Assembly: GCF_001194135.2 (NCBI RefSeq)
Contig: NC_068987.1
Location: forward strand, 89,002,599 to 89,049,942
DNA: 47,344 nucleotides
Direction of reading: 5' to 3'
Source: Octopus bimaculoides
Lineage: Eukaryota
Shown: piece after piece, positions 24,969-38,193 of the stretch
Position numbering within the stretch: position 1 is the stretch's first letter
Layout of the letters: the number at the start of each line of letters is the position of its first letter
Notes under the pieces: generated by a model
Told to the model about the DNA's origin: nothing
What the model saw: the letters and a program-made list of their open reading frames with translations, nothing else
The model's database searches: none
Translations under genes and position numbers: made by a program

Positions 24969-26667
24969 CAATGTAACCCTGGATATGCAAAAAAAGATTA
25001 GATAGTCCCGGCTGGAACGCCTCTGATCAAAGGCCTTCTCAATCAGACCTCATCGTATGCACACACAATCACACAGATACAATCACAACCACACAACCAC
25101 ACACACACACACACACATACAATTAATCAGACGTGCATATACATTTACAGAGTTACAAATATATTCAAATAAACACTAAATGAAGAACGTCTGATGTATT
25201 TAGGAACGATATTAATAACAAATGTTCAGCTCAATTTTCCTTTTTTCTAGTTCATTTATTTGCATTCCATTTATTTTGACTCTAAATTACTCAGCAGCAG
25301 AAAGGCATGCAGTGTGTTGCAATGGGGAAAATAGGCCATGTCAATAGGAAAGACAAAAACAAAATTCCTTGCTTGTTAGAGAAAATGTAAAACATATGTT
25401 TTAGGTTAATTTGTTCTTGGTTAATTTTGAGGGAAAAAAAATTCAAATTATTTTGTCTTTTAATGGTTTGTTAATGGGTCACCATGTTTAGTTGGTCTGG
25501 TTATTACAATGTTGCTTGAAAACAATATTAGGTAGGTTGTATGTGAAGGTGAGATTGACTGCACTAATAACAATAATAATGGTTTCAAATTTTGGCACGA
25601 GGCCATCAATTTCGGGAGTCGATTTCATCGACCCCAGTGCTCAGCTGGTACTTATTTTATTGGCCCTGAAAGGATGAAAGGCAAAATCGACCTCGGCAGA
25701 ATTTAAACCCAGAATGCAAAGACGAACGAAATGCCGCTAAGCATTTTGTCCAGCGTTTTAACGATTCTGCCAGCTCGAGGCACAAGGCCCGACATTTTGG
25801 GGAAGGGGGTTAGTTGATTACATTGACCCCCCCCCCCCGGACTTAACTGATACTTAAGTCATCGACCACGAAAGGATGAAAGGTAAAGTCGACCTCGGGG
25901 GAATTTGAACCCAGAACGTGAAGCATTTTATCCTGTGTGCTAACGATTCAGCCAGCTCAGAACCATTTGCATTTACATATGTACAACGACTGAATAAAAC
26001 AGCATACATCAGATAGGGACTCAGGTAGTTAAAAGTTGTCATTGTATTAATTATACACGAAAAACGTGTTCGTGGTTATTAAGAACAGAATGAGTAGAGT
26101 GAGAACACCTTGTCACAAAACTGAGGTTGTTCTGTTTAGAAGTCCAATATCCCAGTTTTTATAATATTCAATCAAACATCTAGAACCTTCGACAGAACCC
26201 CTTGCCAGGGAAATTCATAAGACCTTCTTTAAGTCAACCGCTTATTTGGTTACATACTCGCCGATCTAATTGATCGACCAATAGTCACGTGGGCGTTAAT
26301 GCCTTTTATGGTGACACAGTTAATTCCTTGTAACTGTTCGTGTCTTTTATGGCAGCATAGTCAGGCCATGGTCCTGAACTGGGGATCTGAACGAAACGGT
26401 TGAATTTATTTTTAATCCTTAGAAATTTCTTGCGCTATCCCTTTTTATAGTTTTATTTGATGCGTCCCTTTAATTCATCTGAAATATGGAGGACGAAGAG
26501 TAAATCTAGAGAGGGTGCTTGGTCGGGAAAAATGTTTGGAATCATTGATTTGGAACAAGTCAGCTCCATGGAACTCATCTCTCTCTAAGCCACGGAAGAT
26601 TTGAACCGAGAATTATAATTTCATAGGGATATTCGTTTCTTTTTGACAAGACACTGTGATTATGGGT

Positions 26668-26847
26668 CAGTAGCGTAGCTAGGCGGGAGGTGGTCGTGGT
26701 TGGGGTGGTCCACCCCGGGCGATGCTTTTATGAATGCGACACTTTGGGAGTCTGCTGTACAAGCCTTATAGGCTTGGGGGGGGGGTCCAGGGGGTGCGGC
26801 AAATTCAACGGCTGCCCTGGGTGGTACACGCTCTAGCTATGCCACTG
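26668..26847. mobile_element. GC-rich hAT-like MITE; relatives at 39562-39714 and ~10390-10492
   Basis: TIRs CAGTAGCGTAGCTAG / CTAGCTATGCCACTG; no TSD seen. Confidence 0.75.
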
Positions 26848-27394
26848 ACATTACAACTTTTGAATTAAGTCTTTGAATTTAAAATATTCTTCTAAGAAAA
26901 ACTGTCAGAACCTCTCGCGAAAATTCAAGTTTGCTCCCAACCCTTCAGCTAAGTTTCTAGAAAAAAGAAAATGAATAAAAACCTTTGTAGTGTTTAGATG
27001 TAACCATCGTAGGCTTGTTTTCATCGTCTTTTAGTGACTTTATGGTTGAACTTGTCCGTTAGAGGCTGGGGCTTCATAAGGCTTTTGGGGGACGGTGATA
27101 AATTCCAAATGCAAGCAGTAAGTCAAGTTATAAAACGGTTTATCCCAGAATAGATTCCACATCGCAGACCCACATTGCAAGGAGCTTCAAACCAGTTATG
27201 ATCCTTGCACAAGACTGGTAAATCAATAAGTAAACTTCTTTAAACAATTTATAGTTTATGAATGAAGCTGAGGTACTTTATGATTTAATTAGAGGAAGAT
27301 AGACAACGACCTTGACCTTTTTTACCCGGTGCCCTGCACTGTTAGGAGCAAAAGGTGGGGAGGAATTGAGATTTGTTGGTTTGCTGCGCTGGGA

Positions 27395-27610
27395 AGCAGT
27401 GCATTGGAATATCGAATTCTTGCATCAGTGGTTTCCTGTCAGATTGCATTATCGCTGAACAGCAGTCTGTCAGCTCTGATGCGCTCCCGGGTTCCGTTTT
27501 GTTCCTTATACTCTTCTTCTTATGCATCAACGACCTATTTATCCCCACCTCTGACAACACTCATCCCAACATAAAACGCGATATCACTCTTTATTCCTTC
27601 CTGACTCTTC
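27395..27610 (+). mobile_element. Highly degenerate CR1/L2-like LINE RT fragment
   Basis: ISGFLSD...SSDALPGSVLFLILFFLCINDL...DITLYS resembles the RT core SGVPQGSVLxPxLFLLxINDL...ADDxTLY. Confidence 0.7.
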
Positions 27611-27683
27611 ACATCCAAGAACCATCCTCAAGAAACATCATGCCGAATTTGCATCAACTCCCCACATAGGAAATCCCCGAATC

Positions 27684-27684
27684 G

Positions 27685-27725
<41 letters not shown>

Positions 27726-27746
27726 GCCATCACGACCACCACCACT

Positions 27747-27787
<41 letters not shown>

Positions 27788-27799
27788 TTTCATCAACAC

Positions 27800-27857
<58 letters not shown>
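27684..27857. repeat. (CAT)n microsatellite
   Basis: Seen directly. Confidence 0.97.
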
Positions 27858-27860
<3 letters not shown>

Positions 27861-29418
27861 CCCCCGAACATTAATTTCTTTTGTCCATAGAGCCGATTAT
27901 CCGGTTTCCATGGCGTTATGGTCTTAGGTAATACAATCTACCTAAGACTACATTTTCCGGGGAAGCTCCTACTTTTCAAAGATGGCTGTGGATGATTTGG
28001 CTATTATTTTAAAGAGGTCGAGCGACTGAGCAGAGGCTCCTTATTATGTTAACAATGCGGTATGATCAGTCAGAGAATTAGTTGTAGAAATTATACTTAG
28101 ATTATTAACGCTCTTGAGAAAGGCATGAATACCATCACACCATGCGCTCGGTATGACTTTAAACTGCGTCCGGTAATGGGGCCTTGGTTCGGAAGTTCCA
28201 GGGTTTTGAGCAGCTTGGAATCACCTCTTAGCCACTATTGTCCTCAGGTTTTCACTGACCCGCATTAGTAGCCACTATCAGGATCCAAGCTCTGGGTTAA
28301 TTAGCATACCATTGGATTGTCTCCAAAAGAAGGTCCCTGACAGCCACCCCAAAAGACCCAAAGAAAGATCAGGCCCTTCAGCTCTTTAACAGCTCATCTA
28401 ACAGAAGGTTACTCTATACAAATCTTACGTCCTGATAACTAGGGGGCTTGTGACACTTATTGTATCAGGTCAAGACAAGTCTGAAGGACTGGCTCTGCAC
28501 AAGACATACTCACTAAAACGATAAACCCCTGGTATCTTGTGGGGTAATTTACTGAACGTTTAAAAATGGCTAAGGGGTAAACCCTTACAGAAAATCTGGA
28601 CCCTAGGGCAGATGTATATAGTTATACTTAACTAATATTAGGCACCCTCCCGTGGATTCAGCAAACATATTGACTTGTCTTTCCTTTGTAATGTATCTAT
28701 GAGTGGAGAGGTGTTGTGTGTTTGGAGGCTAAGTACTTGCTTTTGGAAACAGCTCAAGAGCAACGTAGTTTGTTAAGTTACTGTCTCTACTATACCATTG
28801 ACCAATGGCGAAAAAGGACAAACGGATCATTTTTGATTCCGTATAAATCCAATCCCTTATGTTTGTGTACGAAATCAGTAGCCCTATACGGATGTTAACC
28901 ATATCCCGCGAGGAGTGTCGGCAAACCGCAAATATATACAACAGTTAAAACGAGAGACAAATCGTAACCTCCTTTCCTAAAAAAATGTTTCATAACAAAT
29001 TAATCTTTGATATCAGCTCAGATAGATAGATATATATACATCGTACAAATTTCAGGGTTGCTAAGCATAATTTTAAAAAGTCACAAATTAGTATTTGTTA
29101 CCAGGAATTAATGGAATTGATAAGACATTAGCAATTTTACAGCCACTGTCATATCCATCTGGTTTTTACTCTTACGTAAGAAACAAAATTCCTGGAATAA
29201 ACTAATCACCGAATTTAGATTGGTCAGTTCAATATAACTTTCTTTCTTCTACGAAAACTCTTTTATGCTTATCCTAAAACCTTTCCCTATACAAAAACTG
29301 AAGGACTGCTGCAATAAGTGTGTGAATCTGAGAGGGGAATAGGTTGACTAAAATCATAATTAACTGATCCTCCTGTATTTTCTTTATCCAAAGCCAGGAA
29401 CCTCTCAGCACTCCTTGT

Positions 29419-29520
<102 letters not shown>

Positions 29521-29733
29521 ATTATTCAGTTTATTTCAAGATTTCTTGCCAACATAGTAAGAACTGGTTTCTAACCTAGATCCAAGGTTGCTTCATTGGA
29601 ATTTCAGCATCAACAACAGGGTTTTTTGTATGTATGTATGTATGTATGTATGTATGTATGTATGTATGTGCAGATTTGTATGTATGTATGTATGTATTCT
29701 CATGCATATAATTGCATATCTAGACATGCCCAT

Positions 29734-30020
29734 TTATATTTCAATAATAGCCTTTTGGAAACTTTTACAGATTTTTACAGTTCCAGTGATGGATTGGATC
29801 TGTAGTCTTGGAATTAGCCTTCTCCTTTCTAGCTTTGAGAAGCCTAATTTCTCAAGATTGGTATTTAGGCAGTGTGTTACATATCCCAGTGCCCCAATAA
29901 TTACAGATATAAGCCTGAACTTGTAATCTAGATAGAGTAACTACAGATTTCTCAATAGTTCAGCATAGGTGTTCTTTTTTCATTGATCTTAAGCTTTATG
30001 TTAACATCCTCTGGGCAGCT
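29734..30020 (-). mobile_element. Non-LTR retrotransposon with restriction-like endonuclease (R4/NeSL-like), C-terminal fragment with (TACA)n 3' tail at ~29626-29695
   Basis: SCPEDVNIKLKINEKE/TYAELLRNL*LLYLDYKFRLISVIIGALGYVTHCLNTNLEKLGF...LQIQSITGTVKICKSF...; one frameshift and one stop; IIGALG motif typical of RLE-type elements. Confidence 0.78.
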
Positions 30021-30444
30021 AGGAAGTAACCATTTATCAAACAAGCAATGATAATCACACACACAAACATTTCAAAATTAAACAGACATCATCATTTTCG
30101 AAAGATTTATTTCTAGAAATAAAATAATATTTGGTGCGGCCTGTTTGGGCCTCGTATTAACGAATAGTATCCGCACTGATAAAACCGTATAACAAGGGCT
30201 GTCTATTTACTTTTGGGGCGTCTGTGTATTGTTATTTGTTTGAATCAGAAATTTAATTTTAAGGGAAAAGCGCAAACTTTATTTTCATTTTTTTCTTATC
30301 GGATCAACTTTATAAGCCAAATGTAAACTACTAAATCTTCCCGACAGAAAAGAACAAAAATACCATCGTAATAGATTAGCGTCTTATTCAAGGACTAGTT
30401 TCATGGTTGTGGTGTATAAAATTTATATTTCAGTTTAAACACGC

Positions 30445-30526
<82 letters not shown>

Positions 30527-30744
30527 ACACACACATTTATACATGTATTTGCACCCTACACTGTTTGACAACCGAAGTCGGTTTGTTCACCTTCCTATAA
30601 CATAGTGTCTGAATTCCAATGCAAAACAAAAGAAATTATAAAAAACCATGTTTCTGGAGGTTGGAGGCCAGTCTTTCTCTGTTAGAGAGAAATTTGTAAA
30701 ACAGAACCAGAGAATGTACATTCTTGTGAAAATATGAACATAGG

Positions 30745-31335
30745 CGCAGGAGCGGCTGTGTGGTAAGTAGCTTGCTTACCAACCACATGGTTCCGGGTTC
30801 AGTCTCACTGCATGGCACCTTGGGCAAGTGTCTTCTACTATAGCCTCGGGCCGACCAAAGCCTTGTGAGTGGATTTGGTAGACGGAAACTGAAAGAAGCC
30901 CGTCGTTTGACCGTTGACTGGACACTATTCAATTTTTTTTCTCCGTGTTTTTCTCCTTGTCTCCGTATTCTTTCTGTTGAAGAGCGTAGCTCGAAACGTC
31001 AAAGACTTTCCGTATTCCCGAGCGTCATACTAATACATCCTTTTGTTATTTACACCACCTATCCTCGTCTGTTGTTTTTTCGTATATTCTCCCTGAATAT
31101 ACATATGTATGTGTATGTATATGGTTGTGTATCTGTGTTTGTACCCCCCAACATCGCTTGACAATCGATGCTGGTGTGTGTACGTCCCTGTAACTTAGCG
31201 GTTCGGCAAAGAGACCGATAGAATAAGTACTAGGCATACAAAGAATAAGTCTTGGGGTCGATTAGCCCGACTAAAGGCGGTGCTCCAGCATGGCCACAGT
31301 CAAATGACTGAAACGAGTAAAAGAGAGTAAAAGAG
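30745..31335 (+). mobile_element. Composite SINE with a Penelope-like terminal repeat in its microsatellite slot
   Basis: Head 30745-30906, insert ~30907-31095 containing gaagagcgtagctcgaaacgtc, tail 31100-31335. Confidence 0.8.
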
Positions 31336-31898
31336 TATTCAAAGAAGGAAAATATTCTTAGAAATAATATCAAAGCGGAAATAAATAAAATAATTATATT
31401 TTTGTGCCTCCAGTACAAAAGGACTTAAAAACGTGATCCCTTTAAGCGTCGTTTCGTCATAACCAATCAGAAGAACTAATAAGTACCTGAGCTTAATAGA
31501 AATGATTTGGTTAATTCCCTGTGGCGGCGAATCTAGCGGAAGATATCTTGGAGATTAAAGTTTCGATATGTCATGAAGAGAAGAAGATCGGAAATACAAT
31601 TCAAGCAGAAGAAATCGTTGACATGATCTGGTTGATGGAATCAAAACATCAAGCATCAGTAACTTGATCTTACAGCAACGGCAACGACGGCCAAAGCTTC
31701 GTTCTCTTTTCTCTTCTCTACACTTTTAATCTTTTCTTTTTATTGTTATTATCTTCTTTTTTTACTTCCCAGCTTGTTTCAATCGTGGGACTGCAGCCAT
31801 ACTGAAGCACCATCTTGGAGGGTTTTAATCAAACAAATCAAACCCAGAACTTTGTTTTTCTTTGTTTGATTTAATCTGCTGCTTACTTTATCGATCGT

Positions 31899-32225
31899 GA
31901 AGGCGCAATGGCCCAGTGGTTAGGGCAGCGAACTCGCGGTCATAGGATTGCGATTTCGATTCCCAGACCGGGCGTTGTGAATGTTCCACCTAAAACTCCA
32001 CGAGGCTCTATCAGGGGATGGTGGCGAACCCTGCTGTACTCTTTCACCACAACTTTCTCTCACTCTTACTTCTTGTTTCTGTTGTGCCTGTAATTCAAAG
32101 GGTCAGCCATGTCACATTGTGTCACTCTGAATATCCCCGAGAACTACGTTAAGTGTACACGTGTCTGCGGAGTGCTCAGCCACTTGCACGTTAATTTCAC
32201 GAGCAGGCTGTTCCGTCGAGCGGAT
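31899..32225 (+). mobile_element. tRNA-derived SINE, cut off by gap; partial relatives at 33604-33890 and 35006-35110
   Basis: Near-identical to 41554-41932; A box tggcccagtgg and B box ttcgattcc. Confidence 0.88.
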
Positions 32226-33173
32226 NNNNNNNNNNNNNNNNNNNNNNNNNNNNNNNNNNNNNNNNNNNNNNNNNNNNNNNNNNNNNNNNNNNNNNNNNNN
32301 NNNNNNNNNNNNNNNNNNNNNNNNNNNNNNNNNNNNNNNNNNNNNNNNNNNNNNNNNNNNNNNNNNNNNNNNNNNNNNNNNNNNNNNNNNNNNNNNNNNN
32401 NNNNNNNNNNNNNNNNNNNNNNNNNNNNNNNNNNNNNNNNNNNNNNNNNNNNNNNNNNNNNNNNNNNNNNNNNNNNNNNNNNNNNNNNNNNNNNNNNNNN
32501 NNNNNNNNNNNNNNNNNNNNNNNNNNNNNNNNNNNNNNNNNNNNNNNNNNNNNNNNNNNNNNNNNNNNNNNNNNNNNNNNNNNNNNNNNNNNNNNNNNNN
32601 NNNNNNNNNNNNNNNNNNNNNNNNNNNNNNNNNNNNNNNNNNNNNNNNNNNNNNNNNNNNNNNNNNNNNNNNNNNNNNNNNNNNNNNNNNNNNNNNNNNN
32701 NNNNNNNNNNNNNNNNNNNNNNNNNNNNNNNNNNNNNNNNNNNNNNNNNNNNNNNNNNNNNNNNNNNNNNNNNNNNNNNNNNNNNNNNNNNNNNNNNNNN
32801 NNNNNNNNNNNNNNNNNNNNNNNNNNNNNNNNNNNNNNNNNNNNNNNNNNNNNNNNNNNNNNNNNNNNNNNNNNNNNNNNNNNNNNNNNNNNNNNNNNNN
32901 NNNNNNNNNNNNNNNNNNNNNNNNNNNNNNNNNNNNNNNNNNNNNNNNNNNNNNNNNNNNNNNNNNNNNNNNNNNNNNNNNNNNNNNNNNNNNNNNNNNN
33001 NNNNNNNNNNNNNNNNNNNNNAAATTAAGTACCAGTTGTGTACTGAGGTCACTCTAATCGACTGGCCCCACCTCCCCCAAAATTTCGAGCCTTGTGTCTA
33101 GAGTAGAAAACAATATAGCGTTCAGTAACACAATCTGTATCCCGTCCTCGCGTTGTTGTTTTTTTGAACCACC

Positions 33174-33227
<54 letters not shown>

Positions 33228-34320
33228 GTAGGTGTATAATTAATTTATTTGTATGATATAACGATGCTGAAATTTTTTATAAAAACAATACAAATAAATT
33301 ATAAGTTGTAAAACTCTTAAAGAAATGGCAGATGCCAAAAACCTACATATATGTTTCGATTCACGCCCCTAGGTGATACGTAATTCTAAGCATTTGGTCA
33401 TATGTTAAGAATTGGTGTATATATATATATATATAGTTGGAATTAACAAAAAAAAACAAAAGACGAAGACAGGTGTCTAAACAACAAACAGGTGTATTAG
33501 TTTAACGCTCAGGAAGGTGAGAAAGTCTTTTACGTTTCCAGCCTACGCTCTTCAACAGACAGGAACACGAGAAAATAAGCAGGCAATGGGTTAATAAACG
33601 TTGTGAAGACGCGTGCCTTATTGGTTAGAGGTATTCGGCTCGCGACTTCTATTCCCGGCAGCGTATTGTGTCCTTGAGCAAGATACTTTATTTCACGTTG
33701 CCCCAGTCCACTCGGCTGGCCAAAATGAGTTGTGTCTCTATTTCAAAAGGGCCAACCTTGTCATGTTCTTTGTTCTGCTAAATCTCCAATCTATGGAGAG
33801 CTCAGTCCCTTGCACACTAATTTCACGAGCAGGCTGTTCTATTGATCGGATCAACTGGAACACCCGTCGTCGTAACCGACGGAAAACCAGATTACATTAA
33901 TAATAGTATTTTCTTCTGAAACAAGCGGTTCACACGCAACATGTCTTTATATGTTAATTGGTCTAAGAGCAAGTAGAAACTAAGAGGAGACTAGTGTCTT
34001 TTGCTATTGTTTGCTGTTTAGTAATAAATTATGTTTGTCATGGCAACATCGGAATTCATTTCCGTCACCAGACGTCGTCACCGCAATTTTTTCGTTATTG
34101 CAATTTGATTAGGAATTATAAACGGATAACATCTCTATGACCTCTTGATATTTTTTCGCTTTTTATACGTAAACTTCTAAATAATGTAAAATGATTTTTA
34201 TCAAATGTTGGTCCGGACACTTTTTACGGTTTTGTCTTATACGAAGAGCTTACTTTCAAAACCAGATATATGCATCAGAATGTCTTTTGAGTAATTTTTT
34301 AAAACAACAACTTAAATAAA

Positions 34321-34526
34321 CAGTAATCCTTTGCCATATTGCGGTTCACCTACCGCGCATTCAGTACATCACAGATTTTTCTGGCTAATATATGTAAATT
34401 TATATCGCTGACTCCTCAGTATATCACAAGTTTCTGCAGTCGATAGATATTTATATTTTTTTAGATTTTTAGTATTTCTGTGGGAGGTTTTGGGACATAA
34501 CACCCGTGATAGTCGAGGGATTACTG
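34321..34526. mobile_element. pogo/Tigger-like MITE, copy A
   Basis: Ends CAGTAATCC... / ...CGAGGGATTACTG, followed by TA. Confidence 0.82.
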
Positions 34527-34590
34527 TATCTGGTTTTGATTGAAATTCTAAGACTTTTGAGTAGTTGTTTAAAACAACAACTTGAATATA

Positions 34591-34823
34591 CAGTAATCCT
34601 TCTCCATATCGCGGTTCACCTATCGCACACTCACTTCAACGCGGTTCACCATTCGCACATTTAATACATTGCGGATTTTTCTGGCTAAGATATGTAAATT
34701 TATATCGCGGACTTCTCAGTATATTCGGGTTTCTACGACCGATAAGTATTTATATTTTTTCAGATTTTAATTATTTCGGTGGAAGGTTTTGAAACAACAC
34801 CCGCGATAGTCGAGGGATTACGG
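34591..34823. mobile_element. pogo/Tigger-like MITE, copy B
   Basis: TA-CAGTAATCC...CCGCGATAGTCGAGGGATTACGG-TA; internal gcggttcacc duplication. Confidence 0.85.
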
Positions 34824-35202
34824 TATCTGATTTTTATTGGAAGACTAAAATTCGCCTACTGTCTACATGGCATCCATCCTAGTTTGACTGGAAAGAATTT
34901 CACGTGCGTGAAGTCAGCAGCTTCCAGATTGTGCTTTAATGGTTATCATGGAATCGACCAAATATAGTCCTATACTGGTTTTGAAGAATGCATTATATTC
35001 TTCAGTGAAGGCGCATGGCTTACTGGTTACAAATATTCAGCTCGCGATCATGAGTTCGAATCCCAGCAACGCGTTGTGTCCTTGAGCAAGGCACTTTATT
35101 TTACGTTGCAATTTTATTAGGAATTTTGAAGGTGTAACAATCCTTTGACCTCTTGGTATTTTTTTTGCTTTTTATACGTAAACTTCAAAATAATGTAAAA
35201 TG

Positions 35203-35347
35203 TAAAAAAAAAAATCAAATAAATAAATGAGTGGAAATTGAACCGGTGAGTGTGTTAAAACAGAATGACTCTCCCCAGACACAAAAAAATATATGTTTCA
35301 ACACACGAATTCACGTAAAGAATCTTGCAAACCAAACCCAAAAACGA
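35203..35347. mobile_element. 145-bp dispersed repeat flanked by an 11-bp direct repeat; relatives at ~21940-21995, 46632-46760, 9876-9930, 40140-40210
   Basis: aatgtaaaatg at 35192-35202 and 35348-35358; shared core tttgcaagattctt.a.gtgaattcgtgtgttgaaaca. Confidence 0.8.
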
Positions 35348-36718
35348 AATGTAAAATGATTTTTATCAAATGTTGGTCTGGAATATTTTTTATGGTTTTG
35401 AATTATTTATTCTTCAGTTGGTTCCGTCACGAAAATCTGCTCAAGATATTCTCTTTGAAATAGAGTTCACTGCTGTCTTTTACTTGTTTCGCTCATTTGA
35501 CGGCGGCCATGCTGGAGCACCGCCTTCATTTCTTTTTTAAGCCTGCTACTTATTCTATCGGTCTCTTTTGCCGAGCCATTAAGTTAAAGGGACGTAAACA
35601 CACCAACACCTATTGCCAACACACCAACACCTATTGATTTTCGAAAATCCCACCAAATCACAAAATAAGGTGGGGGTATGAGCCCTAATTTTCAAATCCC
35701 GACAGCAGATATAGCTGGAAGCAGGATAATAATATAGCTGGAAGCAAGATAATAATCTAATTCTATACTTTATCACATTCAAGAATATAAACATGTTTTT
35801 AAGTACAAAACACGCGGAGTCAAAAAGAAACACTACCTTTCACCGGAACACCAGTCGGCACTGACGTTCATGCAGTGCTCTCTCTCCCTAGTGTGAAGCT
35901 TCCTATCTCAGGCATGTAAGCATACGCACAACAGCCAAACACCGCATCACTGGAACTATGAAGCGCACAGTTCTATACAAGGATTTTTGTATTTCTTTCC
36001 TAAACTAGGGGATGGCTACTGAGATTAAGCTTAAGGATTATATAATGTACAAGTATAAAGAAAGAATTAAAGAAAAAAGGACTCGTTATACTGAATGTTA
36101 TCGATAATATCGAGTGGAAATAGGGGGTACTGCAGTTTCTATACACGAGCCGCCACTGGTTGGAATGTCAAAGACTACACTAATTTCCTTAAGGTCATTT
36201 TAATTATAGATTTTTTTCCCCCAAATACAGTTTAAAAATATAAACAGCAAATTTTGCAAAAAGCGATTCTTTTTTTAGATCTCTTTGTTGTCTGCACATT
36301 GATTTATAATAACAGCTTTAAAATAGCTAAACTCACGCATCACTGTGATAGCTAGATTATCAATTATTATGTGAGTATCTTGTTATAGGCGCAGGTACGG
36401 CTGTGTGCTTAAGAAACTCGCTTTGCAGTCATATGAGAATCGAGTTTAGTCACAGTACGACGGCGGCGTAACCGACGACTATGGCGCGAATCAGCGTTTG
36501 TGTTTGAGCGCGTTCATTTTGGTAGATTTCAATGAGTTTGAGCGAGTGAATATGCTTTTGAATCTGTGCATGTATGTTGTTTGTGTGTGTGGTTTGTGGG
36601 AAACGTAGATCAGAAGAAAGAATACGAAAAGAGAAAGCAGTCAAAGTGTGCAACAAGAGTGAAAGAAAGAGAAAATAGATGTGAGCGCGAGCGCCTGTGT
36701 GTGTACATGGCCAGAGTA

Positions 36719-37037
36719 GGTCGCGAAATTCATTTTTCCCACGAGAATTCCGGACCCCAGCAATGAATATACAGCTAATCAGAGCTCACATTGACCTTGT
36801 TGTCAAGTTAACAAACACACTCTACCAAGTAAACTGAAGACGAAGAATGGTGCTGTAAGTCGACCGATCGCCAAGTTATGCGAAAAGAAGCATGGTCATT
36901 CCTAACCAAGTGACCTTATCTTATCGCCCATTACTTGTGCTCATAAATTAGTTTGATAGTTGAGCTCTGATTGGCTGTATGCAAATGAGTTTATAACTGG
37001 GGGCCGGAACTCTCGTGGGAAAAAAATTTCGCGGGCC
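36719..37037. mobile_element. TIR MITE (GGCCGCGAAA-ended family), short variant
   Basis: Same TIRs and interior as 24388-24936 but lacks a ~225-bp internal segment. Confidence 0.87.
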
Positions 37038-37489
37038 AGTCCCAGGAATTTTTCAAAGGGACGACACAAGGTCAGAAGGGAATACAATTTCAGAAGAAAA
37101 GGGCGTAATAGCATTATTTAGAAGGGTGCACTTATTTACTTGAGTGGGGGAGCACGTTCCCCTCAGTCCCCCCCTCCTTGAGTCCGCCTCTGGTGGCTAT
37201 GTAGATAAGAAGCTCGCTTTGCAACCACATGGTTTTAGGTTCAGTTCCACTTTAGTACCAGACCGACCAATGCCTTGTGAGTGAATCTAGCAAACGGAAA
37301 CTGTGTGGAATCCCGTCGCATATATATAGTGGGGTGTATGTGTATGACCCTCCACCCACCACCACCGATTGACAACTTGTATTGATTTGCTCGACGAAAC
37401 CCTTCAAGGCGGTGCCCTGGCACTGTCACAGTCCAATGTTGACTGATACAAGTAAAAGAGAAAAAAAAACAGAAAGAAGACAAGGGGTT

Positions 37490-37634
37490 GTCTGGTAATA
37501 AGCTTGCTTACCAACCACATGGTCCCGGGTTCAGTCCCACTGCGTGACACCTTGGGCAAGTGTCTTCTACTACAGCCTCGGGCCGACCAAAGCCTTGTGA
37601 GTGGATTTGGTAGATGGAAACTGAAAGAAGCCCA

Positions 37635-37665
<31 letters not shown>

Positions 37666-38045
37666 NNNNNNNNNNNNNNNNNNNNNNNNNNNNNNNNNNN
37701 NNNNNNNNNNNNNNNNNNNNNNNNNNNNNNNNNNNNNNNNNNNNNNNNNNNNNNNNNNNNNNNNNNNNNNNNNNNNNNNNNNNNNNNNNNNNNNNNNNNN
37801 NNNNNNNNNNNNNCGTGTGTGTGTTTGTGTATGTGTTTGTGTGTGCGTGTGTTGTCCCCCCCCCCACTATCGCTTGACAACCGATGTTGGTGTGTTTACG
37901 TCCGCGAAGCCTAATAGTTTGGCAAAGAAGACCGATAGAATAAGTACTAGGCTTACAAAGAATAAGTTCTGGGGTCGATTTTCTCGACTAAAGGCGGTGC
38001 TCCAGCATGGCCGTAGTCAAAATGACTGAAACTAGTTAAATAGTA
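37490..38045 (+). mobile_element. Composite tRNA-head SINE with gap in its microsatellite
   Basis: Same head and tail blocks as 20612-21005. Confidence 0.85.
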
Positions 38046-38063
38046 AAAGAACACATGTATACA

Positions 38064-38073
38064 CACACAGAGG

Positions 38074-38124
<51 letters not shown>

Positions 38125-38127
38125 TTG

Positions 38128-38169
<42 letters not shown>

Positions 38170-38193
38170 GTATATATATATATATATATATAT
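38064..38193. repeat. (GATA)n plus (TA)n microsatellite
   Basis: Seen directly. Confidence 0.95.
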
